Under the pieces are notes generated by a model. It saw only the letters and a list, made by a program, of their open reading frames with translations. It was not told where the DNA came from and did no database searches. A DNA stretch of 61,086 bases, filler included. It is 14 parts of 14 records of this genome, joined end to end, with 100 filler letters (N's around TTAATTAATTAA, not from the genome) between each part and the next. Parts side by side here need not be neighbours in the genome. Positions count along the whole stretch, not along the records: positions 34,305 to 38,084 come from SRR15195285_9744; positions 38,185 to 41,775 come from SRR15195285_9750; positions 41,876 to 48,225 come from SRR15195285_9751; 11 more parts are not named here. One strand, 5' to 3'. Below, one piece after another: positions 34,305 to 46,960 of the stretch. Every line of letters begins with the position of its first letter. Positions within the stretch are counted from its first letter, which is position 1. A program made the translations under genes and the position numbers.

Positions 34305-37300
34305 CCGGCTCTGGCTCTGGCTCCGGCTCCGGCTTCGGCTCTGCATCTGGCTCCGGCTCCGGCTCGAGCTCCGGCTGTTGCCCTGCTTCCTCGTCTCTTG
34401 CTCGTGGCTGAGCTTCGGATCTGCGTAAACCACTGGCCCTTTCACACGGGGCTAGCCATCGCTCCAATGGTTTTAACTTCAGCGCTAGGTACCGATCATC
34501 CGGATGCTTGTAGAGGAAGTAGGTGGCAGCAAATGGAGCCATCGCAGCAATCAGGGCGACAATCGCTAGCGCGACGGTGACGGCAGTGACAAGGCCAGAC
34601 GTTTCAAGCGTAGTGTCAGCCTCCAACTCTTCCGTGGTTGGTTGGGATAGGTTGACTAGATACGAGAGAAGGCCCATCATCAGCAGCACCAACGTCGATA
34701 TGAGCGAGAGCTGCTCGAGAGTATCGGCTGTATCAGCATCGGATGTCACATCTGCCTCGTCCACATGATCGCGCTGCAACACCTGTGCGTTCTGCACGGC
34801 GTTGGCGTCGGTATCTTTCGGTACATTTTCTACACGGATCGCAATGTCGTGTACAACGACCTCAAATTGAGCGTGGCTTGATCGGAAGTCAGAGTGGCAA
34901 AAGCAGCAACAACAGCAGCATCCCATAGACAGCAGCCTTAGGATACACAAAGTCCCGAAAACTGCCACCACGACGGCAACAGAAGTCCACAAAAAGCCAA
35001 CCGGGCCATCGGGGAGCACGTCCCACTGAAAAAGTAAACCACCGCTCTCCCCGAGCTGCAACAGCATCAACAATGTAATATATGGTCCAAAGATGGCACC
35101 GAGCGCGAGTTTGAAGTAGTACCAGCAACATGTGCGTGTACAGCCACGTCGCCCGTCGTGTGCACCACCCATGCTCTGCCTCGGGTGGATACCATCAAGT
35201 GGTTTATCGATAAAGGTGCGCTTGCCGTTTAGAAACGGCTTATATTTTAGTTGCAGCCGCAGTGCAACCGTGACTACCACCATCGAGAGTAAGGCAAACG
35301 TGATCTGGTGTTCAGCCAGCATTATCGTGAAGGCCAAGAGCAGCACCTTGCGAACAGTTGCTGCCACTTCGTACCACCAGGCCCATGGCTCGTACCGTAA
35401 AAACAGGAAGCCATAGGAGCGCTGAAAATCAGGAGACCAACGCTCCTTAGTTATGATGACGCACCCGTCTTCCCAGCCCGCAACGTGTCGACGCGCCTTG
35501 TTCAGCACACTGAAATAGTATACTGGTGGCAGACCCACAAACATGATCGCAGCAAAACACGCTAGCCACCGAGTGATCACTCTGGTTTTACTGTCATCTA
35601 GTTCGACTTCAGTCTCAAAAAAGGGGCTCAAGCAGGCGTTCGCAATCACTATGCCTAGAAGCGAATACACGGTCGCTGCCGCGTTCACTGCATGCTGCGC
35701 GACGTGCTCGCGCGGGCCGAGACAGCGCTCGGGCCAGCATCCCCGAGCTGCGTATCTAGCAGGAAGGTAAAAGAAGGCGAGGAAGAACGCTAGCAGAGCA
35801 ATGAAGAGGGCCACCTTTAGCATCAACATAGATACAAGCTGCACTGGATCTTGTCCGAGTGTTGGTTTATCTGCTTGCTGTAGGGCGGCCAGAACATATG
35901 ACACAAACGTCTGAGAGGCACAGTCGTAGTTATTTTGGCAGCTCTGACGTGGACTGGCGTCGTAATTGGTTGGTCGCGTAGTCGCGGGCTGGCAGGTAGC
36001 GGCTGAATTAGAGCAATCATATGCAGGGCCCTGTAAGTTCGTGCCGTTCGCCGCCGGGTACCACCTAATTGTTTGGTGTACATTGGTGCCAACGTAATAG
36101 TTGAACTCTGTCCAATACAGCCAGTCTGAAGCTGACCCAGATCTTTCGGTTGAACCATATTCGGCTGACGTGGCGCCGTACATGGCAGCAGGGGGGTTGA
36201 CGCAGACCCCTTTCGAGACCTGGGAGTGAGGATCAACGACCCACCGTAGTGACATGGTTGTCAGACTCCATCCCGTCTGTTCATTTACGAACTGAACAGA
36301 CGTGACATCACACACATTTGCAGTTCGATCTCTCGTCTCTCGCCATTTGGCGCACGAATTGTCTGTCAGCAACCCCACGAAATCGAAGAGCGCAATTTCT
36401 TTGAGTGTTTTTGCAGTGCGCTGCAAAAATGGTGGCCACCGCAGGTCTAGTTCAAACCACAGGATGCTAATCTGAGTGTGCGGGAGTAAAGTTGTGGTGG
36501 TCTGTGCTGCCTTGAGCGTGGGTTGAGCGAAAGTGGTGGCTCTGGCAGCCGTAGCAACAGCCACAGCCCCACGAGCAGCCGTCGCGGCCTTGACACCTCC
36601 AGACGTCAGCTCTTTGACCACGTCCTTCGACTTCACCGTCCCATCAATTATGTTGTCTCTCTTGTACCTGCTCATGTTCCAAACCACAGCAGGTACAACG
36701 AGGACCATCACGATGAAGAACAACGCAGCGAGAATTACATCAACTGCAGCTGTGTCGTTCCAGCACTTCTGGCATCCGGAGGTGCGCCGCACAAAGCATT
36801 CGGTAAATTGATCATAGTCGCATTTGCACTCGTCGCACCGTGCCCCTCGCTCGCCGTTTTGTTCGTCGCACACGCAACACCCCTTCCACGTGCAGGTTGC
36901 GTTCGTCGTATCCGACGGGCACGAACCTCCACGCTGGCACTTGTCAGCAGTGCAAGTCGGCTTTCCGCATCGGAACGACGCGCTGAACTCACTATGGGTG
37001 GCTTCGGCGATGCAGTTATCTCCCACACTATCACATCTTGAGCTAGGCTCACCCGTCGTAAACTGGACCAGTGCAGTCGAGCTCGTGGTGGTGATCGCCC
37101 CTGGAATATATCTGAGTGTCGTTCCGGACCAACCCCTCCACGAACTTTCAAACGTGAGAGCACCGAAGCGGCCCGCTGGGCCGGCACCGAAGCGGCTGGC
37201 GGATCTGCCCCCGGGCAGGCGGCTAGAGCCAATGCAATGGTGCTGCTCCCATTCGGATGGAGCGACGCTATCGTTTGTCACATGTCCGCCATCGAATATT

Positions 37301-37596
37301 TGGACGAAGTCGACGCAGGCGTGGGTGCGAAATGATGCGAAGGTCACCGTCGGCGCTTGCGATGCGTCTGAACAGCTGAGCAGCCACCGACAGTCGCGTC
37401 GTCCGTCATGTCGACCGCTGGTTTCATTGAAAGCGGAGACCCATTCCGACACCCCGTACTGCGTGGGACTGATTGAAAACTCTCCAGAGTCCACCAGCAA
37501 CACCGGAGCCGTGCAAGCGTCCTGGGCTCGCGTGTGGCCGAGCATCACTGAATGTGTGGCCGCTGCAAGCACCAGAGCGAGCCCCGTCCGCATCAT
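34305..37596 (-). CDS. CUB + EGF-like multi-pass membrane protein; 3' truncated in a PE repeat
   Basis: Signal peptide. CUB motif CRWLLSC..VTFASFRT..CVDFVQIFDG. EGF-like Cys cluster. TM module with YGFLFLRYEPWAWWYEVAATVRKVLL and YKPF, as in protist TRP-like/GPCR-like membrane domains. Confidence 0.72.
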
Positions 37597-38434
37597 GGCC
37601 GCTATCGCGGCACCAGCGGAGCCGCCACGCGTGACCCCTGCACGGTTGATCTCACGTGGAGGTGTTGATGTACGGTGCTTGGTACATGTATCGTGCGCTG
37701 TCGCTGTCGCACCAGCGAGGCCTTACGCGTTACGACGGGCGTAGCTTCGTGCAGCGAGGGAAGGACCTACGGTATCACAGGTGGGCTGGGTTGGAATCGT
37801 TTGGAGAAGGTAAAACTCACTGATAAATACAGTGCACCCTCTGACCGCCTCGAGTCCCTTCTTTTTCTCGCGGATTAGTACGGAAATTACGCGTTGTTTT
37901 GACTCTAAGCGTGGCAATGGTGTTTCACTACCCCACCACTCTCCACTCGCTCCCGACGCCCGGCTCCTGGACAACGTCCAGTTTTTTTTCAGGGTTACGA
38001 GGTTATCGGGGGTTACGAGAATACTAATACTATTCTTGAGATCGGTCACGATTATTTTCAAACGTCTCGAGATCGGTGCGATTCNNNNNNNNNNNNNNNN
38101 NNNNNNNNNNNNNNNNNNNNNNNNNNNNTTAATTAATTAANNNNNNNNNNNNNNNNNNNNNNNNNNNNNNNNNNNNNNNNNNNNTTTGTATGATTCATAG
38201 TCGTAATAATAACTTAGAAACTGAAATTAGTAGTCGCGCTTGCATGCGCGCGCGCGCGCGCGCGGTGCGTCATGCGCGCCGGCCGGCGCGCCGTCGCGCG
38301 GTTGCTGCGATGCGCATGCGCGCGCCGCGGCGTGCCGGCGCCGCGCGCGGCACGGCGGAAATCTCGCTCGGTCGCAACTAGTAATATATAGACGAGGGCT
38401 CACTTCATCAACACACTCGGCGTGAATTGGTGAG

Positions 38435-39416
38435 ATGTTCTGGCTGTATCTTACAATCGCCGTGGCGGCAGTACTGGTCTCGACTGCTGAGGCCTTCAGG
38501 CTCATCATCGACAGCAACACGATGACGATCGCCGACCTCGCGAACGCCAGCAAAGGGTTGCTGCGGAGCGACGGATCCTATAGCATATTCGTCAACACTG
38601 TCCCGCAGGCGAGTGATAAGCAGTGGAAGGCTTATATCGACGGTGTGTCTCCAGCAGATGGCTCGGCTGCGCTGGAGTTCACCGAAGAGAACCCTGGCAC
38701 CTACGAAAGCTGCAAAACTTACCAACGGATCCAGGGCAGACCACCCACCGCCAGCATGGGCTACCACGAGACTGGGCTTGTTGCAGGCGGGACGCTGCTT
38801 AGCCATGCGGAGATCGACAAGCAGGCTAAGCAGTGCAACGCACCTGTTAATGTCCTGACCCGATCGTTCTGCAAGACAGAGCCGAACAAGTTCTCGCATG
38901 GCACCGATGAGTCGTGGATTGTGAACACTACCCGGGCTCTGGCCAATCCGAACGTTTACGCCATACAGATGGAGTTCACTCCCAGCTGGCCGCTCGATGG
39001 TATGCAAGGATGTGGCGTTGTGGACCTGATGCGGCTCGCGATCTCGAGAAACAAGACGATGATGATGCTGTTGCCAGTGTGCGTATACATACGTAGCCTG
39101 ATCTGTCGGCTAGCTCCGAGCATTGCCCGTATGCAGTATCAACCTCTAGCAACTGTATCGCACTGCTATCAGGTATGTGCAAAACAAAGAAAAGGAAGCT
39201 TGGCAGAACATCCAAGATCTCGTTGAGGGCCTTTACGCACATGGCGCGCCCATGCACAGCAATTCCGTGGTACTCGCGCTCGCGCGCTACGACACCAGGC
39301 CCCCGCGGGGTCCTGTGCCATGGTGGGGCAAGCAAGGAAACACCGTCCAACACGCTTTTGATTGGATCCAGGCTCATCGGACGAACGCCTCGGCAGCCAG
39401 GACTCTAACTACCTAG
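38435..39416 (+). CDS. Secreted hypothetical protein; 2 exons
   Basis: Signal peptide MFWLYLTIAVAAVLVSTAEA. Intron 39079-39172 joins LLPV-YVQNKEKEAW in frame. Confidence 0.65.
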
Positions 39417-39678
39417 ATATGAACATTGCATGATGAACAGCGGGTCATATGCAAACAACTTCGCTACCGGTCGAAACGAAGTTCCATTGAAAGCAGTGCA
39501 TGGTGGGTCTCTGAAAATATACCCTCTATGACACCCTCGACACACACCGCGGTCTTGATGCATGCCGTGATTCCTAGTCACGAAGTGTCAACAGCGATCT
39601 GTTGCACGCCTCACGCCTTGGCATACGGTGTTATAGTGCTACTGTATTCATAGTACTGCAGGTCGCAAACTGCATTCG

Positions 39679-41246
39679 CTAGCCAGCCGCCGCCCGCGAC
39701 GCTACTTCTGGCGCGGCCTCCTCCTCTGCCCTTGAGGTCAGCCGCGCACACTTGAAGAAAAGCAAACTTCCAAGCAGATGAAAAACAGCAGCTTGGATGA
39801 ACACTGGTGCATACGACCCGAAGCTACGCTTGCAATACGCTGCTAGGATCGGAACGAGCAGCCCCCAGCTAGTACCCAGCGTGTTGCCCACAGCGTTGAG
39901 TGTGGCTGTGTCATCACCGCCGATCTCAATCATATTTGGGTTGAATCCTGCTTGCACTGCGCTGGCGAACACAGTATCAGCGTTGATACATAGTGCCGCC
40001 AGTGGCGCAGATCTGCAGAACGCAAACGCGACCATGAACGCCGACTGGCCGATGGCCGCTAGCATCTGTGCCCGCTTGCGAATGTTGATCTGAGCTACTC
40101 CCTTTTTCAGCAGCGCACTCTCAGTACAAGCTGTGACGAAGCCACCGATGAATCTGATCGGTGACTGCAACACGAGAAATGCGGCTGCTTGCATCGGCGT
40201 GCAGTTGAGAGACTCGATGAAGATCGTAGGTACGTAGGAGGACATTGTGTACATACAGTTCAGGGTCGACATGTTGCACCAAGTAGTGGCAATGACTGCT
40301 GGGTCGCGGAAGATGCCAAAGTTGAATGCTTGCGCCTTCTTCGGCGCCGCTGCCGCCGCTATTGTCACTGCTGCTGCAGCTGGAGTCGAAGATATGGCCG
40401 CAGATGACGCGTCACCGCGCCGCCGCCAATGCTGCGGCACTTCGACACACTTCGCAAACCATAGTGCAGCACACAGCAGGCCGCTGCCACCCATCACAGT
40501 GTTGACTGATGACCAGCCAAACTTCGTCGCCAGCCATGGCGTCACGGAGGTTGCGGCGATGCTTGCAAACTGGCCGCCGAACGCGACAACACGTGCATGG
40601 ATCGGACGCTCGGGCGACCCAGTCTTCGGCAGCCAGTTCCGACGCATAACCATTTGGCCCGGCATCAGCGGCCCTTGGCAGAAGCCACACACCGTGAGGC
40701 ATGCCGCCATGATGCGTACCGTCTCAGCGGTTGATCGTCCGAGTCGTGCAAGAAGCGGCAGCAATGCGAAGATGCCGCAAGTGCCAATCAGTGAGAGTCC
40801 GCCTATCACCTTCGCTCCGTTCTTCTGAATCAGACCAGCCCCTGGAATCTGACTGCACAGGTAGCCCCTGCAAGCACGCAGCCAGAACATCCACACATGT
40901 AGACGGTCCCGCGGATAAGATCAGCCGCTCAGTGACGGACGCTCACTGACATCAGATCGGCTGGCCACAGGCATGATTACGCACGGGTACCAGGCGGCCA
41001 GCAGCATCGCGCGGTCGGCCTCCGAAAGCCCTAGCTCGCGAACCATGATGGGAACCCACGCCGGCAGCCCTGCCCGTATGGTCCCTGTGTACCATACCGG
41101 TTCACTTGCAGGTGAGCGCGCGAAGTCGACTTCGCGAAAGTCACATGAAACTCACAGTGAGGCAAACCCTGGAGGCTGATGATCGCGTACATCGTCCACC
41201 GACCGGGTCTTGTGGGCACGGGTTCGTCGTCGCGGGAAGTCGCCAT
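39679..41246 (-). CDS. MFS transporter, SLC17/anion:cation symporter-like; spliced
   Basis: RAMLLAAWYP..YLCSQIPGAGLIQKNGAK, GFCQGPL, WLP...ER, FGWSSV and LNAVGNTLG; ~12 TM helices. Boundaries of the 5' exons are approximate. Confidence 0.82.
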
Positions 41247-41875
41247 CGGAGCCAGGCCGAGTCTATTCACGTGCCAACCGAGCGCTCCGAGTAGTGCAAT
41301 GCGTCACGCACAAGTCAGTCAGCACCGTCGGATCCGGAAGTGCTCCCAGCGCAGCGCTTCATCATGGGATTGCCGTGTTCGCCCCGCCTCAGTGCACCGC
41401 CGCCTCGGCTTCGGATGTGAAACAATATCGCCCATACGCTCGCGATGGTCCTGCTGGACACTGCAGGGCTGTACGATGCTGCCCACGTTCTTTCTTCCCG
41501 GCGCGCGGGTGATGGTGAGCTAAGCCGCATGCAGTCGACTACGATACGCATACTATTCGAATAGTAGCATGCACGCATGCGCGCAGCCGCGCGCGCGCCG
41601 TCATCAACATGAACATCGCCGCGATCACAGATCACACTCGAGACTGACGACAGCACGCCGGCCGTCGCCGAGTCCACGGTCATCAGCCGACGAATGGACC
41701 GACCGCTCAAGTTGTGCCGCTGTACAGTGGCGAAACGGAGACAGTGAGGGGGCCTGAAAAACACACTAAAAATCCNNNNNNNNNNNNNNNNNNNNNNNNN
41801 NNNNNNNNNNNNNNNNNNNTTAATTAATTAANNNNNNNNNNNNNNNNNNNNNNNNNNNNNNNNNNNNNNNNNNNN

Positions 41876-44800
41876 GGAGCCGGAGCCGGAACCAGAGCCA
41901 GAAATGTGGGCAGTGGGCACGGTCACATCGGTGCAGGGTGGTGTCGGTAAAGCGACGTTCAAGCGAGCGGTGCAACTCCTGACCGGTGCATCCGTCACGC
42001 TTCGCGGCTACAGCCAACGGGCCGTCGTCACAGTTTCGCTCCCCCTCGCTCCTTCCGAGCTGGCGAACGCGAGTAGCTTCACGGAGCAGCTTACTTTCGG
42101 GCTCTGCCGTGCGATAACTCTGCACTCTGGCTGTGCCACGCTGGCCGTTGGCAATGGCACCGGTTCTGAGCGCCGGCGCTTGCAAACGTCGTCTGCAACA
42201 CTGCAAGTGACGGCGCCGCGTGATGTGTCACGCCATCTCTATGCTGATTCTTTTGGTGAAGCGTGGGTAGCACGAACGCACGAATCAGGCACCGCAATAC
42301 CCGCGTCAACGTTTGGTCCGGCCGACATATCTGCGCCAATAGTGACCACAACAGTGCACTTCGATGCAGGTGTGGTCGCGGGCTCTGTGTCTGAGGCGGC
42401 AGCTGCTAACGTACTCCATGAGGTGCTGGGTCATCTCGCCAACGGATCGGCCATTACGGCGGCACTAATCGCGGAAGGTGCGACTGGCGTCGTAGTGCCC
42501 GATGGTGCTGTGCAGATTGTCCAAGCCCCGATGGAGCTGATGGACAAGGCGTCGTGGGTGCAGTCCGCGCTGCAGAGATCTCGGCCGCTCCGCGAGCTGT
42601 GGAGTCCCGCTGCAGTCGTCGCAGATAATCTAACTGTGTACGCGACGCTTCCATCGATGGAAAGCTGGGGTCCAGCGACGTACCCTGGCGCTGCTGCAAC
42701 CGCGGCGGCAGCAACGCATCGTTGTAACAGTCCAGACGACAGTGACATGCGCGTTGGCGAGGCAGAGTACCGAAATAGGACGTATCCTTCTGGGTTGTGG
42801 AGCTTTGCCTCACGGGCAGATGTGACAGCAGAGCGTGATCGGTTGCGGCTGGCGATGCCTCGATATGATACAGCAGGGAGAAAGGGTACACAACGTTTGT
42901 GCGGGCTGGATGCCGGTGGTCAATGTCACACGTCGAAGTACTCAGAAAGTCTTCTGCTGCTACTGGTGGCGACGGCAATTTGGACGACCGTGGTGCTGAT
43001 GCTACTCTGCTGCTTCCGACGCTGCCGTCGAATCGGTGGGTGCGGCGGCGAGCAGCCTTCAAACGGCCTCTGCCTGACTGACGCCTGCCAGTACCGATTC
43101 CTGTGCTGTTGCAAAGGTTGTTGCTGTACACGTCGACGGGGAGTACTTGCTCGTTTCAATTGCGACTGCGCTATTTTCCCGGCAGCGGAGCCAGTTGGTG
43201 AGGGCGCTAAGCACGGTCGTATCGGCAGAGGCCTCTTCCACGGCTATTCCCGAGCAGCAGTGTGCCTGGCTCGGTCTATCCAGCTTCCCATCGCGCTCGT
43301 GTCGGTGCTCGTTACGCTGCCGGTCTATTATACGGCACCTGCCTCAGCGGTGGCTGTGTATGAAGCGCTATCGCGGATGCATATCTCGTTCGACCTGTTG
43401 CACGCAGATTACCAGTCTGCACTCCTTCGCACCATTAATCTTGAGCCATGGCAAGAGCCGGAGGGAATCGTTGATGTCGATGACGGCCTACCGACATACG
43501 AGCCAGCATTCGTCAAGATGTGGCCATCTCGAGACGAGTTTGGCGATGCTTACTTTGCGAGGACGCCAGACAAAATTCCGGTAGGCGTCCCGTATCACGG
43601 AGAGACTGACATCATTGCAATACGTGAGGCTCCGGACCGCGTAGCTGCGTCGACCGCGTTGAATGCTGGCGTATTGCCAACACCGTCGTTGATCGGCTTG
43701 GGTAGTAGATCTGCGGGTGGACTACGCATGGAACACCTGCCTGATGACAAAGCCCTGGTTGCATTTACGCCTCAGGTGGACAGCATGCACGCATTTGTCT
43801 CTTGGATACAGGCAGTGGATATCGTGCGCGTGCTGTTTGTATACATTACCGGAGTCATCTCGACTGTTGTGACGATTGCACTGCTGCTTCCAGCAGTGAT
43901 CAAGCGCTGCAAGACGTGCGACGTCGCAAAACTAGGGCGCAGGGGCGCCAGAAAACTCCCCATTCCAGTCGTTCTCAACTGGATTTGCTGCGGTTTTCAT
44001 GTGGTGATGGCGGTGCTACTCGCGGATGTGTGTCACGAGGCGGACGAGCTGCTTGCGATGGCGCCGCCAGACTTCGCTGTACAGCCGCAGCTGCAATTGC
44101 GAGTGCCAGCACTCGATGCTCTGATGATATGTGGGACAAAGAACTATCACGCTGATGCCAAAGCACTGTTGTATCTCGGCCAACGGTTCGATGCTCAGAC
44201 TTCAGCTATTGCTGAGCCTGGTTGTACAGCGCTCTCGGCTCTCTGTAACGACCTTGCCCCGGCACTGGAAGGCTGCGACGCATCCGCAGTAGGCGGCAAC
44301 GTGAGGTCTGGGGAGCTCGCACCTGAGCTGTCAAGCTTGTGCACCACTGAAAACCTTCACGCGGCGGCCGATTCGGTTCGCTTCGTTGAGAGGCTGAACT
44401 GGCGGTGCCCACAGCACGAGTCGGACGGATCTAGCGCAGGAGATGGTGATGGTGGTGGATTTGCTGACTGCCTGCCACCGTCCGAGACTTACTATACGAT
44501 CAAAGGTTGTGCACAGAACTGCACGCGCAGCAAGCTGCGCGATGCGGCTCGAGTTGTCGACAGCGTTATCACGAGCGTGATGCTAAAGGACGCAGAAACT
44601 GTCTACACGCGCAACACAATGGTAGGGCCGCTACGCCACTGCTACTTCTGGTATCCGATGCTGCAGGCGACCTACTTTCCCCTCTGCGTCGATGCAGCGC
44701 TGAACTCTAGCCTGATTGCTGTGAATTGTATGGTGGTGGGTCTAATACTCGCGCTGATCACACCGTGTGCTGCTATCACTACCAAGCGTTTTGACGAAAG

Positions 44801-46862
44801 GAAGGCTCGACCTACCATCCAGGCACAACAGACAAATCCACCACTACCGCATACGCTCTTTGGCGCGCAGCATCCTGACCAGCGACTGCCTTGGTCTGGA
44901 CTGCATAACCTACCTAACAAAGCTGCGCTTGCCCATCCGTCAAGGCTGATGGTCGGTTTGGATATTTTCGAAGTACGTAAGGCGATGACTGCGCCACCAC
45001 CACGTCCAGGTACCGCTGCCGCTGCGGCGCAGGTGGAATCATTGTCAAAGCTACCGGCCCCGGGCAAGAAGGACGGATTAACAGTCCGAGAGGTGACCGC
45101 TGATGTCACCGCTGAGCACACCGGCAAGTTCAAGAAGCGCTGCTGCAGACGCTGCCGCCCCCGTGGATTTTGCCCGCGCGGGAGGCGGCGGCGTCCGACT
45201 GTGCGCCGCGCCCCCGAAGAACGCGGAGGGCTGCCATACCCATGGCGCACCGCTTGGGAACTCAGTTTCGACCCGAAAAAGTCCATGGAGCGCGCACTCT
45301 ATCCCGAGGGACCATTGCAGCTGCACGTCAACGGTACGGCGCATCACGGCCGGCGCGAGCTTTACGACGCAGAAGGCTTTCTTACACATACACGAGCACA
45401 CCGAGAGGCTGTGGAGCATATGCGAGCGGGCGAGTGGCAGGCTGCAGCGACCATCTTTGAAAACTCCGTGCACGGGCGGCAGAACGATCGCCAAAACTGT
45501 ACAGAGCCACACACTGAGCCGAGTCGTTGTCACAATGCAGCCGGAGTCTGCTGGTCACGCGCTGGTTCGGACCAGCGCGCGATGCGAAACTTCGATGATG
45601 CGATTGCGTGGAACCCCAAGGACGTGCGTGGCTGGTACAACCGTGCTGCGCAACACTTCGCGCAGGATCGTCTGGAAGAGGCACTGTGCGACGTCGAGGA
45701 GGCGTGGGAAGTCGATCCCAGCTCCAGCCTAGTGCACGAGCTTGGGAGGGAGATAGCAGATGTGATACGTTCGCAGAACGCCACAGCTGCTGCTGCACAC
45801 CAAGCACGGATCGATGAAGTTTCGCATAAAGCAGCTGCAAAGATCCAGGCGAGGTACCGCGGGCGGCTTGTATTGCGGTCGATCGCGCCGCATGGTGGCG
45901 ACGGATACTGGGTACATCTGGGAAACAATGACGTTCCAGTGTTCCCGCCGAAGTCCGACTTGGTAGATAGATTCGCCTCCGAAGAAGTAGCTACTGAATT
46001 GCAGCAGCTTGAGCCTAAATCGACAGGAACAGATGGAGTGGGATCGGGCGGTGGAGAAGGCGAGCGCCCACAAGTGTTAATGATCACTCAAGGTGAAGCG
46101 CGGCCTGACAGTCGCGACAGCATGCGCAGCGCAGGCAATTACAGCAACGCGTCACAGGACTACGAGATGCGTGTGATAACCGACGCAGAGCGTGCCGCTG
46201 CGCGGTACGAGTCTCTCCGGGCCATGTGTTCTAATTGCAACTGTGTCTCACGTTCTCCAAGGTGTCTGATTTGTTTGCCTTGTATTTACTGCTGTGTGCT
46301 AGGCGGACTGCCTCGCGTATGCTGGTCGATAAGCACAAGTTCCTCAAGCTACCGGTGGTCCTAGGTATGCAGCAGAGCTGGTTACATATCCCGCCGGTGA
46401 GTGCTTCGCTTGCTTCAACATACCATTGTCCTATGCCACCAGCTTGCGCACCGAGAATTTTCAGGTTCTCACACTACCGTGCGTGCGCGCACCTCAATCT
46501 GGTACGTCGTAAACTATGACCGCAGTTCGCGCGGCTAGAGGACGTAATCTCCTGCGTACTCAGGGAGCAGGCTCTCTTCCCGAAGACCTTCGATCAACCG
46601 AGCAAGGGGCCCTCTGTAGATGGTACGTGTAGCCGGTCATTTGATTTGGCACCAGTTCTACGAACACGGTCACTGACACTTGGATTGCTGTGTTGTGCCT
46701 CGCCTAGCTGTGCTAGAGGGCGGTGTCAAACTGCGGCGCGCCAAGATGAGCCACATGGGAGATGAGCAGTACCAGCAAGTCAGTGTGGATGCCAAGGAGA
46801 AGAGTCTTGCAGAACTGCTGGTGGAGCAGGGCGATGAACTCATCTTGGCTGGTGGATATTGA
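41876..46862 (+). CDS. Large 5-TM (tweety/prominin-like topology) protein with TPRs, IQ motif and ubiquitin-like C-terminus; 5' truncated
   Basis: Five hydrophobic segments with Cys-rich loops (..LLADVC after TM4). TPR motif GWYNRAAQHFAQDRLEEALCDVEEAWEVDP. IQ motif AAKIQARYRGRLVLR. In-frame introns 46205-46302, 46397-46525 and 46623-~46707/46716. Ends GDELILAGGY-TGA. Confidence 0.7.
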
Positions 46863-46960
46863 TGCGCCTCTGCTGGATGTCGGCTGAGCAAAGCGATGAG
46901 TCTCTGTAATTGGAACTACTGACTCTTCTATTATTTTGAACAACGGATTCTGTGGCGTCA

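Noticed and set aside
34305-41900. Joining the PEPEP-ending contig 9 gene to the EPEPE-starting contig 11 gene
   Set aside because: PE repeats occur in several genes here and the overlap is only low-complexity sequence.
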